Shown here piece by piece: positions 24,617 through 35,759 of a stretch of DNA of 45,647 bases. A program made the position numbers and the translations under genes. This DNA comes from Macrostomum lignano. Taxonomy: Eukaryota. Under the pieces are notes generated by a model. That model worked only from the letters and a program-made list of their open reading frames with translations. It searched no databases and was not told where the DNA came from. Each line of letters starts with the position of its first letter. The stretch's first letter is position 1. Where the stretch lies: contig NIVC01000129.1 of the NCBI GenBank assembly GCA_002269645.1, positions 1 to 45,647 on the forward strand, in the 5' to 3' direction.

Positions 24617-25520
24617 CTGAGCGTAGCCAGGTGCCGCAACTCAGCCTCGGAGCCGGCGCAATTGTCAGTCGAGCCAATCGCGCCCACAACGGCAGCCGCG
24701 GCGGTGGCAACTCCGGTTGAAGCCGGCGGTTGCTGCTGGTGCTGGTGTGGGCAGGATGCGGCGACTGCTGCGGCAGCATCGGCTGAGACGGAATTGGCGG
24801 CCGCTGACGCCACGTCGACAGCCTCGGACAGGGCGGCGGCGCCGGCCGCTTGCTCGTCGCCGTCGTTATTGTTGTCGTCGCTGTCCATAGCAGCAGCGGC
24901 GTTGTCAAGCAGCAGCTTGCACAGGTGGGTGTGACCGCCTTTGCAGGCCTCGATCAGCACGTTTGAGCCGTCCTTCAGCAGCACGGTGGGATCGGCCCGC
25001 AGGACAGCAGGAACTCTACAACTGGCAGGTGGCCGCCGGCGCAGGCCAGTGACAGGGGCGTGTGCTCCCGGCCCAGGGCGAACCGGTTCACCTGGGCGCC
25101 GCGTTCAACCAGCAGGCGGGCCACGTCCAGGTGGCCGGACCGGCAGGCCTTCATCAGCGGCGTCCGGTCGCCTTCGGCTAGGCAGTCAATCTCGGCGCCG
25201 GACTGCAGCAGCAGCTCGCAGACCTCCTGGTGGCCGCTCTCGGCGGCGAAGTGCAGAGCGCAGTCGCCCGTAGGCGAACGCTTGTCTACGCGGGCCCCGT
25301 CTAGCAGGAGCTTCTTGACTAGCTGGGCGTGGCCTTCCTGGGCCGCCTCCATTAGCGGGGTGGAGGAGCCGAGCTCGATGTCGGCACCGCAGCGGAGCAG
25401 CAGCTGGGCGACCTCGGTGAAGCCGGCGTTGCAGGCCTGCGACAGAGCCGTCTCTTTGGTCTCCTCCGTGATGGCGTTGATGTTGGCGCCCATGGCCAGC
25501 AGCAGCGCCACCATCTCGAG
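24617..25520 (-). CDS. ANKHD1: Mask/ANKHD1 exon (ankyrin repeats), with an apparent 1-nt deletion near 24996-24998
   Basis: CCAG|CTC at 25520; LEMVALLLAMGANINAITEETKETALS..DIELGSSTPLMEAAQEGH... Adding one G to TGCGGG(G)CCGAT restores CGADPTVLLKDGSNVLIEACKGGH. AG|GTGAGC phase-2 donor at 24616. Confidence 0.92.
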
Positions 25521-25571
25521 CTGGAGTAGTTAGAGTCGGGTGCGGTGAAGTTTTTATACTGGACAGTTAGA

Positions 25572-25866
25572 GCTTGCAGACCCACTGCCAGTCCCACTTG
25601 CAGACCCACTGCCAGTCCCACTTGCAGACCCACTGCCAGTCCCACTTGCAGACCCACTGCCAGTCCCACTTGCAGACCCACTGCCAGTCCCAGTTGCAGA
25701 CCCACTGCCAGTCCCAGTTGCAGACCCACTGCCAGTCCCAGTTGCAGACCCACTGCCAGTCCCATTTGCAGACCCACTGCCAGTCCCACTTGCAGACCCA
25801 CTGCCAGTCCCACTTGCAGACCAACTGCCAGTCCCACTTGCAGACCCACTGCCAGTCTCACTTGCA
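25572..25866. repeat. Intronic 24-bp minisatellite (TTGCAGACCCACTGCCAGTCCCAC) x ~12
   Basis: Tandem copies; explains ORFs 25352-25945. Confidence 0.95.
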
Positions 25867-25908
25867 CCCCTACAGAGAAATAAAACCAATAAGATTAATT
25901 AATCTCAC

Positions 25909-26196
25909 CTGGCCCTCCCTGGCGGCCTCCATCAGAGCCTGGTAGCCCTCGTCGTTGACCTCGTGCAGGTCGGCGCCGTAGCCAATGAGCAGGCTGGCCA
26001 AGTGCAGGTGGCCGCCGCAGGCAGCCAGGGTCAGCGGAGTCTCGAAGCTGTCTGGCGGCATGGAGATCTGGGCTCCGTGCTCAAGCAGCAGCCGAGCAAC
26101 CTCGGTGTGGCCGTCCATGGAGGCCTCCATCAGCGAGGTGTGCATCTCGTCCGTCTTGTGCTCGGAATCTGCGCCAGACTCCAGCAGGAAGCGGAC
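25909..26196 (-). CDS. ANKHD1: Mask/ANKHD1 exon (ankyrin repeats)
   Basis: CCAG|GTC at 26196; VRFLLESGADSEHKTDEMHTSLMEASMDGH..SFETPLTLAACGGH..EVNDEGYQALMEAAREGQ; CAG|GTGAGA donor at 25908; 288 nt, phase 0/0. Confidence 0.95.
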
Positions 26197-26289
26197 CTGG
26201 ATAGGGAAGGGAGAGTGAGCGAGAACGCTTATGGGTCTGACTGTGATTTGGGGATCTGAGACAGTGAATTATGGGAACTGAAACAGGGA

Positions 26290-27030
26290 AATTTTGGATT
26301 GGAGATGGCGAACGCTTGGTTTAGGAATCTGGGAGAGTTAATACTGGAAATTGGGGATCTGGGAGAGTTAATACTGGAAATTGGGGATCTGGGAGAGTTA
26401 ATACTGGAAATTGGGGATCTGGGAGAGTTAATACTGGAAATTGGGGATCTGGGAGAGTTAATACTGGAAATTGGGGATCTGGGAGAGTTAATACTGGAAA
26501 TTGGGGATCTGGGAGAGTTAATACTGGGAATTGGGGATCTGGGAGACTGAATACTGGGAATTGGGGATCTGGGAGACTGAATACTGGGAATTGGGGATCT
26601 GGGAGACTGAATACTGGGAATTGGGGATCTGGGAGAGAATATACTGGAATTGGGGATCTGGGAGAGTAATACTGAATTGGGCATCTGGGAGAGAATACTG
26701 AATTGGGGATCTGGGAGAGAATACTGAATTGGGGATCTGGGAGGTAATAGTATGAAAATTGGGGATCTGTTGCGGATTATCTAGAGTTAATACTGAAAAT
26801 TGGCTGGGAGAGTAAATACTGGAAGGGGATCTTTAATCTGAATGGGGATCTGGGAGTTAGAAGTTGGCATCGGGAGAGTTACTGGAAAGGGGATCTGGTT
26901 GAATACTGGGAATTGGGCCAGGCATAGACTGAATACTGGAATTGACTGGGAGACTGAATAGCTGGGAATTAGGCATCTACACTCTGATCTGCCTACTTAC
27001 TACTGGAAGACTGAATACTGGAATTAGCCA
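26290..27030. repeat. Intronic 30-bp minisatellite (ATACTGGAAATTGGGGATCTGGGAGAGTTA), degrading into noisy sequence after ~26640
   Basis: Clean copies 26330-26640, then deletion-ridden copies. Confidence 0.88.
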
Positions 27031-27074
27031 CGAGCCAATGCTCTTTGTCAGTTAGATTGGCGCAGCGCTGTTTC

Positions 27075-27710
27075 ATACGCCAATATGAAGTGTTGAGGCG
27101 CCAGAACACGCAGGTTTGAGGCGCCAATATGGGAGTGTTGAGGCGTCAGAACACGCAGGTTTGAGGCGCCAATATGGGAGTGTTGAGGCGCCAGGACACA
27201 CTCTTTGAGGCGCCAATATGGGTGAGTGTTGTTGAGGCGCTAGAACACGCAGGTTTGAGGCGCCAATATGGGAGTGTTGAGGCGCCAGGACACACTCTTT
27301 GAGGCGCCAGGACACACTCTTTGAGGCGCCAATATGGGTGAGTGTTGTTGAGGCGCTAGAACACGCAGGTTTGAGGCGCCAATATGGGAGTGTTGAGGCG
27401 CCAGGACACACTCTTTGAGGCGCCAATATGGGAGTGTTGAAACACTTTGAGGCCAATATGGGAGTGTTGAGGCGCCAGGCTCTTTGAGGCGCCGCAGGTT
27501 TGAGGCGCCAATATGGGAGTGTTGAGGCGCTTTTGAGGCGCCAATATGGGAAGGCACACACTCTTTGAGGCGCCAATATGGGAGTTTGAGGCGCTAGAAC
27601 ACAAGGCGCCAATATGGGTGTGTTGAGGCGCTAGAACACGCTGTTTGAGGCACCAATATGGGTGAGTGTTGAGGCGCTAGAATACGCTGGAGGCACCAAT
27701 ATGTGTTGTA
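27075..27710. repeat. Intronic ~22-bp minisatellite (TTGAGGCGCCAATATGGGAGTG alternating with TTGAGGCGCCAGRACAC variants)
   Basis: Tandem copies; explains ORFs 27073-27612. Confidence 0.9.
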
Positions 27711-27858
27711 GAGCAAAGGCTGCACTCAAATATGGCGCGTTTGTATAAACTGTGGAATCAAAGGCCGCCTCCTTAAGCGAAGACGATATTCTAAAACATG
27801 GCGAATTTCCCCAAAAGAAGCCGAAATTACCAGGCACAAACAAGAAATTCTGACGCAC

Positions 27859-28452
27859 CTGATTGCACAGATTGACGTCGGCTTTGTGCTGCAGCAGCAG
27901 GCGCGCCATTTCATCCAGACCGGCGCTAGCCGCCTCAATCAGCGGCGTGCTGTCGCCTTTCAGGCTGCGGCAATTCGCATCGGCGCCGTAGTTGAGCAGC
28001 ACTCTGGCCAGATCGAAGAAATTGGATGTGACGGCGATCAACAGCGGCGGGTCGTTGTCGCCGGCGCTGCCAGGCAGACAGCCGTTGTGCAGGAGCTCCA
28101 CTTTGCCGCTAGCCGCTGCTGCCGCGGCTGCTGCTGCTGCGGCGGCTGCATCAGCGGCTGGCAGGTCGGCTAGCTGCTGCAGAGTGTGCGGACTGCGGGC
28201 GATTGCGACAGCGGCGGCGGCTACTGCCGCTGCGTCTCCGCCGCCGCTGCTGCCACCAGTAACAGCGCCGTCCACGGCAGCTGCGCCGTCGGCAGCTTCG
28301 GGCGGCTGCGCGTTGAGCGAAAGGAGCAACTCGTGCAGCTTCCTGGCTGTCTGGGCGTCGCATTCCAGTAGGCGGCTGCTGTCACCGGAGTCGTCCGTGG
28401 CGGCGGCAGCGATGGCACCCCCGGCGTCAGGGCAGTGGTTTGCAGAATCGAT
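27859..28452 (-). CDS. ANKHD1: Mask/ANKHD1 exon (N-terminal region + first ankyrin repeats)
   Basis: CATCAG|ATC at 28452; ..ECDAQTARKLHELL.. Ala-rich ..DPPLLIAVTSNFFDLARVLLNYGADANCRSLKGDSTPLIEAASAGLDEMARLLLQHKADVNLCNQ; CAG|GTGCGT donor at 27858; 594 nt, phase 0/0. Confidence 0.88.
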
Positions 28453-30430
28453 CTGATGATCAGAAGAGATTGAATGAGCAGATGTAACATATAGCTAGGG
28501 TTTTAAGCATCAGAATCACAGAGCCATTTGGCATACTGGGTCAGAACTTAGAAATACCAAACATCTCTATCCTGTCCTTATATTGCTGAGCCTCTCTGAG
28601 ACTGTGTTTACAGAATACTTAAATTTAACATTTGATACAAGCCTTGCGAATCCAAAATGAATTAAAAAATATGGAGCATAAATTAAATGGCACCCAGTTT
28701 GTAGACAGACATGATTGCCAATTTAGCTTCTCTGGTCCAAATTCAGACAAAAAACTAGCATATTTTTCAAAATCATAAAAAAACTTGATATAATGTCTTA
28801 CACCTATTACAATTTTTGATTATTAAAAACAAAATACTATAAGACACTTATTATTTGACTGGTTCATCAAAACAATTAAACAGTTGGAAAAAAGAATTAT
28901 TTGAACATTTGAGAATTAAATTGGGAATGATTTTGCTTGCTGGGTTATTCCATGATAGGGTCATCAAAGGTATAGAAATTTTTTTTTAAATTATTTGCAA
29001 ATGTGAATATTTCATTTTGCATATAATTATGTATAGTTTCATTTTTATATAGTTTCATATACATTTATCTACCTCTAGGTATATATATTTTGTTTTGATC
29101 ATGGTACCCTTGCAAGATTTTAAATGTCCGCGGGACATTATAAAAAGTTTAATCTAGTTTTCAATAAGAAAAAAAGTTAATAAACATAATGCATCAAGTG
29201 CATAAATAATAAAAATCTTTCTTTCTTATATCTAAAGACTGAAATTATAAAGTTTTATGATCTAATATAGTTCTATCTATCATAATTTTATATTTTAAAA
29301 AGTTTGAATTCCCTTTTTTAAGTGTTAAAAACGACCATCATTTTTTTTACAAAAAGTTGTTGTACTAATTTTCAAGAGGTTTATAAGTTGATAATTTTTT
29401 GCTAAAATATTTTCTGAGCCTATATTTAAGTTTATAGTCATTTTTGTTAGTTTATGATAAGTGTAACATGCTAAAAAAACCCTGCAAAGTTACCTAATGA
29501 CCATCATTTTCTGGTATTCTGAAATTTGTTGATCTTCATAAAACCTGAATTACTATCATTTATTCCTAAATTTTATACAAAAAACTGAATTTACTGATAT
29601 TCTAAAACCATGTCTTTTTTTAAATGTGAATTACTTATTCAATTTCTCTTTCAAAGTTTTTACAGTTTTGATTGTAAAGAAAAATATAGTGGAATTCAAG
29701 TCTTTTATTAAAAATGTATACTGTCAATTACTTGTTTGATACCTTAAAATCATTTTCAACCTGCACTATTAAAAAGGTTGTTCAAATTACTAACCATGCA
29801 CCTAGAACTCTCCACTTTAGTTTGCACTGCACTTTAACACATGCCCCAATCTTCAGCATAAGTAGTCTAACTAGACTCAAGTTTTTACTATCTATTGGTG
29901 CTTGTTAAAACTAAGTTGCATGGCCAACCAAATTATGGAAGTTGCACATGTATCAGTCTACTATATCTGCCCTATACTAACTAACCCTTGACTAAGTTTT
30001 ATCTATTTGACTAATAGTTCTACTTAAGCTATAAACAATTATCTTTCTAGTTATGCTATTTTGTGTTAATTTGAATGATAAATTCTAACAAAAATAATAA
30101 GGCATATAGAAATAAAAGTTCATCAACTTATTACAATCTTGTAACATTAAAACTATAGAATTAAGACTCAATATTCTATTTATCTACTAGCAGACAAAAA
30201 TAAAGTAGAAAAATAAATATTTATAAACAATTGATACTTATTTTGTTTACTACTAGTTCCTTAGCCACTTTTTTGTCTACAAAAATATGATACAATAATA
30301 TTGTTTATTATAAAATATTTCATATAATATCATTTGTTAGCACTATAAACTTAGAATAAAAATAGTAATAAGATAACAAACTCATTTTACAGTATAACAA
30401 CTGACAACTATTATAAATATTAAGTCTATC

Positions 30431-30608
30431 TACATGCTTGGGTGCAACCTTGGGATTCACTCAGCTGTTTCTATTGGCAACACACAGATATGTAAGTCGC
30501 TATTGGATAGAATAGTAGTCACGTGACTGCTCTCAGCCAATAGCGACTTATGTGTGTGTGTGTGTTGCCAATAGAAATGGCCAGATGATTCCCAAAGTTG
30601 CGCATGTA
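30431..30608. mobile_element. ~180-bp palindromic MITE (fold-back) centred on GTCACGTGAC
   Basis: Ends TACATGC / GCATGTA. Arms complementary over most of their length (GCAACYTTGGGA, TTTCTATTGGCAACACAC, TAAGTCGCTATTGG). Flanks AGTCTATC (30423-30430) and TGTCTATC (30609-30616) suggest an 8-bp TSD. Confidence 0.75.
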
Positions 30609-31201
30609 TGTCTATCTATAAAACTTACCCACACATTTATCTAAATAGTAATTTTTTTATATTTTATTAAATAATCAATCATTGTCAATTATTCATTCAA
30701 TAAATTATAGATAAATGTTTAAAAAATAAATTGTGCAAATAAATAAATTATAGTCCTTCATTAAAATATACTTTTTGGAAAAAAGTAAAATTTAAAATTA
30801 AAAAAAATTAAAATTAAAAAAATTGATTTAACTTTTTGGCACTAATATAGTTTTGTTTGCAAAATTATTTTTCTTTTGAATTTGTGCCAGTTCTAATGAT
30901 TAATTATGCAGGCAATATTTCAACATCATGGCCATAGTTCCAAAGGCTACATATACGCTAAGAAATCCCAGTATACAACAAGGGTACTTATTATTCTTAG
31001 CAAGGTGCTACTTCATATTTTTGCACCATGGTTGAAATTTTCACATATTTGTGCCATTTTTGCGCTTGGCACAAATTTGTGCCATACTATAGCCACTGAC
31101 TAAGATAAATAAAATCCATATACAAAAAATTTATACATAAAAATAATATACATAAATTTTAGCATATCTTGCAATATCTATTATGGAATATTAGCTTAAA
31201 T

Positions 31202-32328
31202 TAGAGGTCAGATGAGCAGAAAATTTTGGTCGGGCGTGAAATTTCATGAAATTTTCAAAGTTGGGCATGATTGTGAATTTATATTTGCATACATGTATTT
31301 TGAGCTCATAAGTTACAAGTGTTGAAAATAACAAAACAAGAAAAGAAATATTTATAAATTGATAATAGCTACTTGGTAATGCTGTCAAGTCAACATATTT
31401 AAAATTTATTACTCTTATACACATTTGTAGTGATGGATCGAAATTCGATTTCGATTTCGATATTCCGAATTTCAAAACTAATTTTGCATCGAAATAATTT
31501 CGATTTCGAATTTCGATACCATTCATCGAAAATCATTTTGAAATTTTGGTTATATTTTAACAATTTAGACATTGATGATCATGCTACACAAGAAAGAAAA
31601 TCTATAGGAAGTGAAAGGAAGTGCAGTTCAAAGACTCAGTGGGGAGGTGAGAATCGCCTTTTCTACAAGAAAGATTGTGCGGGGCACATACTGTTCCAGG
31701 CCTTGTGCTGTACCCACCTCAACCTCCACAATCCCACTGGCTGAACGCATCGGCGTGGATTTTAATTGGCTAAAGACTTAAAGCCTTAATGAAATGGATA
31801 TAGGCTACTCATATCTAGATCTTCAGCTTTAACAGCGGTGAAGTATAATACAACTTCTACTATATTTGTATGTACGAGTGTGTAATACATAATACACCAG
31901 CATTTTTTATTTTGTATTTTTAAAGTAAGTTAAATCTTAAGTATTCTGGTTTCAACATATCAAATATACTTTTTATAAAACATGTAAGCTCATACAGGCA
32001 TAGGCAAGGTGTTAACCTTTTTGCATGATTAGCGAAAAAGTAAACATTCAGTTAAGCTAAAAAAATTTGATTTCAATTTCAATTTCGATTCTAAGGAACC
32101 GAAAATTTCGATTTTGATTTTGATTTGAAAAATAATTTCGATCCATTACTACACATTTGTGTTCACATATTTTGGTCAACCAAGTAGAAAAGTTATACTT
32201 CTAATAAAAATGTAATAAAGCGGAAATTCACGATTGTTGTGAACGGGTTTCAAGGAAATCACAATCGTGAAAAAATGGTTGTGAATTCACGAAATCGTGA
32301 TCACGATCATGATCACGTCTGACCCCTA
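31202..32328. mobile_element. Non-autonomous hAT-type element (outer), interrupted by a second element
   Basis: TIRs TAGAGGTCAGA (31202) and TCTGACCCCTA (to 32328), 10/11. Perfect 8-bp TSD GCTTAAAT (31194-31201, 32329-32336). CGTGA/TCACG subterminal motifs at both ends. Confidence 0.88.
31428..32151. mobile_element. Non-autonomous hAT-type element (inner, nested)
   Basis: TIRs TAGTGATGGATCGAAATT and AATTTCGATCCATTACTA, 17/18. Perfect 8-bp TSD CACATTTG (31420-31427, 32152-32159). TTTCGA subterminal repeats. Confidence 0.92.
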
Positions 32329-32734
32329 GCTTAAATATAGCTTACTTTATCTTATAATAAAAGTTTTTTTATATGCTGGCCAGTTTTTTGACTTCTTATG
32401 AAGACAAATAAATGTTAAAAATTAATTATGTATACCACATGATCTAACTTCCAGTGTGGTTCTACTGTCGACCTGTGCTTTTCATTTATCAGACAAATAT
32501 TGCATGTAGGATTGTAGACTACAACTAGGCCCTACTGTTACAATTTTTTTACAAACCTGTTACAATGTAGACTACTATTATTGTTATCAATTAACGATGC
32601 TATAACCGAACTCAAAGCCAATATATGTATGCTTTATTCTTTATTATATATTACTTACTTATTAAACAAAACACTTATTATTCGAACTGAATATAAGATG
32701 ATAAACCGAAAAATAGAAATGAAAAAGTACATAC

Positions 32735-32863
32735 CTCAGTGAGATCGTTAAGAGGAGAAATGTGCGCAAGCATTGGCGCTAAAGAACTGTCATTTACAGC
32801 TTCAATAAACACAGATGAATGCCTACTGCTTTCATCACTTGAGGAAGAACTATCGTCATTCAT
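32735..32863 (-). CDS. ANKHD1: Probable first coding exon of Mask/ANKHD1 (MNDDSSSSSDESS..LNDLTE)
   Basis: GCC-ATG-A start at 32863; acidic/Ser-rich peptide; GAG|GTATGT donor at 32734, phase 0 and compatible with the 28452 acceptor. Assignment rests on phase and position, not on homology. Confidence 0.55.
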
Positions 32864-33439
32864 GGCAATTACATGATTTTTATGCGACAATGTCAGGGTC
32901 ACATTATAAGACCGACTTAGAAGATTTTACTTTAAATGTTTGTATGTTATTAAAGTAAAATTTAATTTAATAACAAATAAATAAATGTCTTCTTTTTAAG
33001 TGTATAGTACATTTTTAAGTAGAAGTTCTTAACCAGAATCTGCTTTACATAGATCAAATTTTGTTTCTACCAATCAACGAATAAAAAACACCGTACTTAA
33101 TTTTTACCATTACTTTACAGTATTCTTAACTTTATTTGTATCAGCTCTATCGATTTTTTACTCTGAACGTTTATAACACGTCTTTAAAGCTATTCGACAA
33201 CATTTCATTCCCGTTATAAGATATTCAGATACAAGGTTCTAATATAATGATCTACTGGTGTGGAAAATTAGCTTCGACTGGAAACTGTATGTAGTTTAGG
33301 TAATATATATCGCACCATTCTCCTCAAAAGCTCAAATAAATAGGCCCTGCTGAGGCTTACAAAAGAGGCCACACTGCAATCATTCCTTTAGAATAGATGA
33401 AGGTTGCAGCATTTTACCGACGATCACCAACCATATGCA

Positions 33440-33605
33440 GGCTTTGGTGGGTTTTGGTGGGGTGCTGGTGCTCTGTGTGCGTGCAGGGCTTAGGGCAGCC
33501 TCCCCCTCCGCTCTACGCTATTTAGTCACGCGTCGCGGCCACTGAGTCGGCGTAATTTTGGCAAAATATTTATGCAGTACATGTAATTTTACCGAGTCGC
33601 GTATG
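33440..33605. promoter_or_regulatory. Local GC/CpG cluster upstream of Mask, candidate promoter
   Basis: CpG-rich patch (GTCACGCGTCGCGGCC, GAGTCGGCG, GAGTCGCG) in otherwise very AT-rich DNA, ~600 bp upstream of the putative ATG; positional inference only. Confidence 0.3.
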
Positions 33606-34769
33606 TATTTTTTTCTAACAACTGAAGACAACTGAAGTGCATTGTAGGACGGTTCCCAAGGTTTTCTTTGAATTTAGCTGTAAGCCGGTAAGGAGTGTTT
33701 ATTTGTCGTATTGCTTTGCATCTTCAGTAGTGTATGCTCTCAAGAAATCGGATTTATATGCGACCGAATTATGTATGGCGAACTGGAACTGCATCTCTAA
33801 AGATGCTAGCGATACAACAAATAGATGTGGCATAAAAATTGACTAGATGTCAACACAGACGGCAAATTTTCAAGCAAGAACTACATAAGTCTGTGGTATA
33901 TCGTGCTTGCGAAATATGTAGTGGCTCTTCTTTCTGATTTATTCTTAATGATTCATACATAAAATGAGTAGAAATATATTTATTGTCACTTGTATATCGC
34001 AATAAAAGTTGTGCAGCTTCCTCTCTACACGAGAGAGACTCAAAGCGAATGAGTACTTGAATTTTCAGAAGCTCCTGCTAGACGAGTACAAGCTCGATCA
34101 GAGCTTGCATCGCGCATGATTAAAGCCGCATCCGCTGCTTAAGACCACAAAAGTGTGGTCAACATGCCAGGAGAAGCCAGCCAGCAAAGACTAATTTGAT
34201 AAAGCTGCCTTGTGCAGCTTTGAGTCAGGCTTTTAGACAGTGCTAATAGGTATATGGAGATCTGAGGGAGTTGAGTGACAGAGGAGGACCTTAATGCACT
34301 GCACCCCACAGCGAGGCCCTCGCAGACAGCAAAGCGGAAAGGCATTCTTTATAAGCTAAAATTGTCACGTTTCGAGTTTGCCGAACGGATGGAATGTCGG
34401 AAACTTTTTCGTTGTTCTCACCGCGACCGAGACGCACCCCGCGAGTAATATGAGGTCCTGACGACTACATGATTCCGGCTTCCACGCTTCATCCAAGTCA
34501 CGACTTTCAGCAAAGGGAGGCAGGGGAGTGGCTATAGGTTGGGTGGACCAGCTTCCTGCAGTTGTCATGCGACTGCGAGCGAATTGCCACTGTTGAATAG
34601 CGGCGGCTCCTTGTGGATTTTTTTCAAGCTTGAAGTTTCAATTTGTAACTTTTGAGACGTTTTTTTTCTAAACCGGATGGGGTTTTTGCCATCTCACTAT
34701 ATAGAAAAAGTTCGAGATCCTCAATTTACATGTATTGTCAAAGTCCTTAATCTATTTTTAAGATCCGAT

Positions 34770-35387
34770 CCTCAGTATATTCGCATGATCCTCAGTGCAT
34801 TCACAAGATCCTCAGTGCATTCACAAGATCTTCAATCAATTCACAAGATCCTCATTCAGTTCCCAAGATCCTTAATTAGTTTACAAGATCCTCAATAATT
34901 TCACAAGATCATCAATTAATTCACAATATCTTCAATCAATTCACAAGATCCCCAATCAATTCACAAGATCGTCAATCAGTTCCTAAGATCCTTGCACAAT
35001 AGATCCTTCTCAATCAATTCACAAGATCTTCAATCAATTCACAAGATCCTCAATCATTTCACAAGATCATCAATTAATTCACAATATCTTCAATCAATTC
35101 ACAAGATCCCCAATCAATTCACAAGATCGTCAATCAGTTCCTAAGATCCTTGCACAATAGATCCTTCTCAATCAATTCACAAGATCTTCAATCAATTCAC
35201 AGGATCCTCAATCATTTCACAAGATCATCAATTAATTCACAATATCTTCAATCAATTCACAAGATCTTCAATCAATTCACAATATCCTTAATCAATTCAC
35301 AAGATCCTCAATCAATTTACATCTTCAATCAATTCACAAGGTCCACCATCAATTTACAGAATCCTCAATCAATTCACGAGATCCTCA
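34770..35387. repeat. Degenerate 20-bp minisatellite (AATCAATTCACAAGATCCTC)
   Basis: Tandem copies, with an internal ~120-bp block duplication. Confidence 0.9.
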
Positions 35388-35673
35388 ATCAGCTGTGCGG
35401 CCTGTGCTATAAAACTGGAAAAGGCAGTCGTGCAGGAGAGGAGCATCGAAGTCCTTGCGCACAATAGAGATAGAGCTGCCGCCGTGAGGGGAATAAGGCT
35501 CCCATTTCCTCCCTCTCCCTCTTTCCGTTTCTCCCCTTTCGCTTCCACAAATGCCGACCGAAGCGGGCCCTTGGTGCGCCGGAAATTAAATTCTGCAACC
35601 CCCACCCCCCTCCTCCCCAAGATGGGCAATTTACCACCGAAGAACCGCCAACTGAATCTCCTACTTTCCTCTG

Positions 35674-35676
<3 letters not shown>

Positions 35677-35759
<83 letters not shown>
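35677..35759. repeat. (CT)n microsatellite at the left junction of the Penelope-like array
   Basis: Direct reading. Confidence 0.97.

Noticed and set aside
24996-24998. Mask as a pseudogene or programmed frameshift
   Set aside because: A single missing G in a G-run, the same error type as in the PLE copies; all else is intact, so most likely a sequencing error
30927-31098. Another MITE with ends CATGGCCATAGT / ACTATAGCCACTG
   Set aside because: TIR match is imperfect and I could not find a target-site duplication
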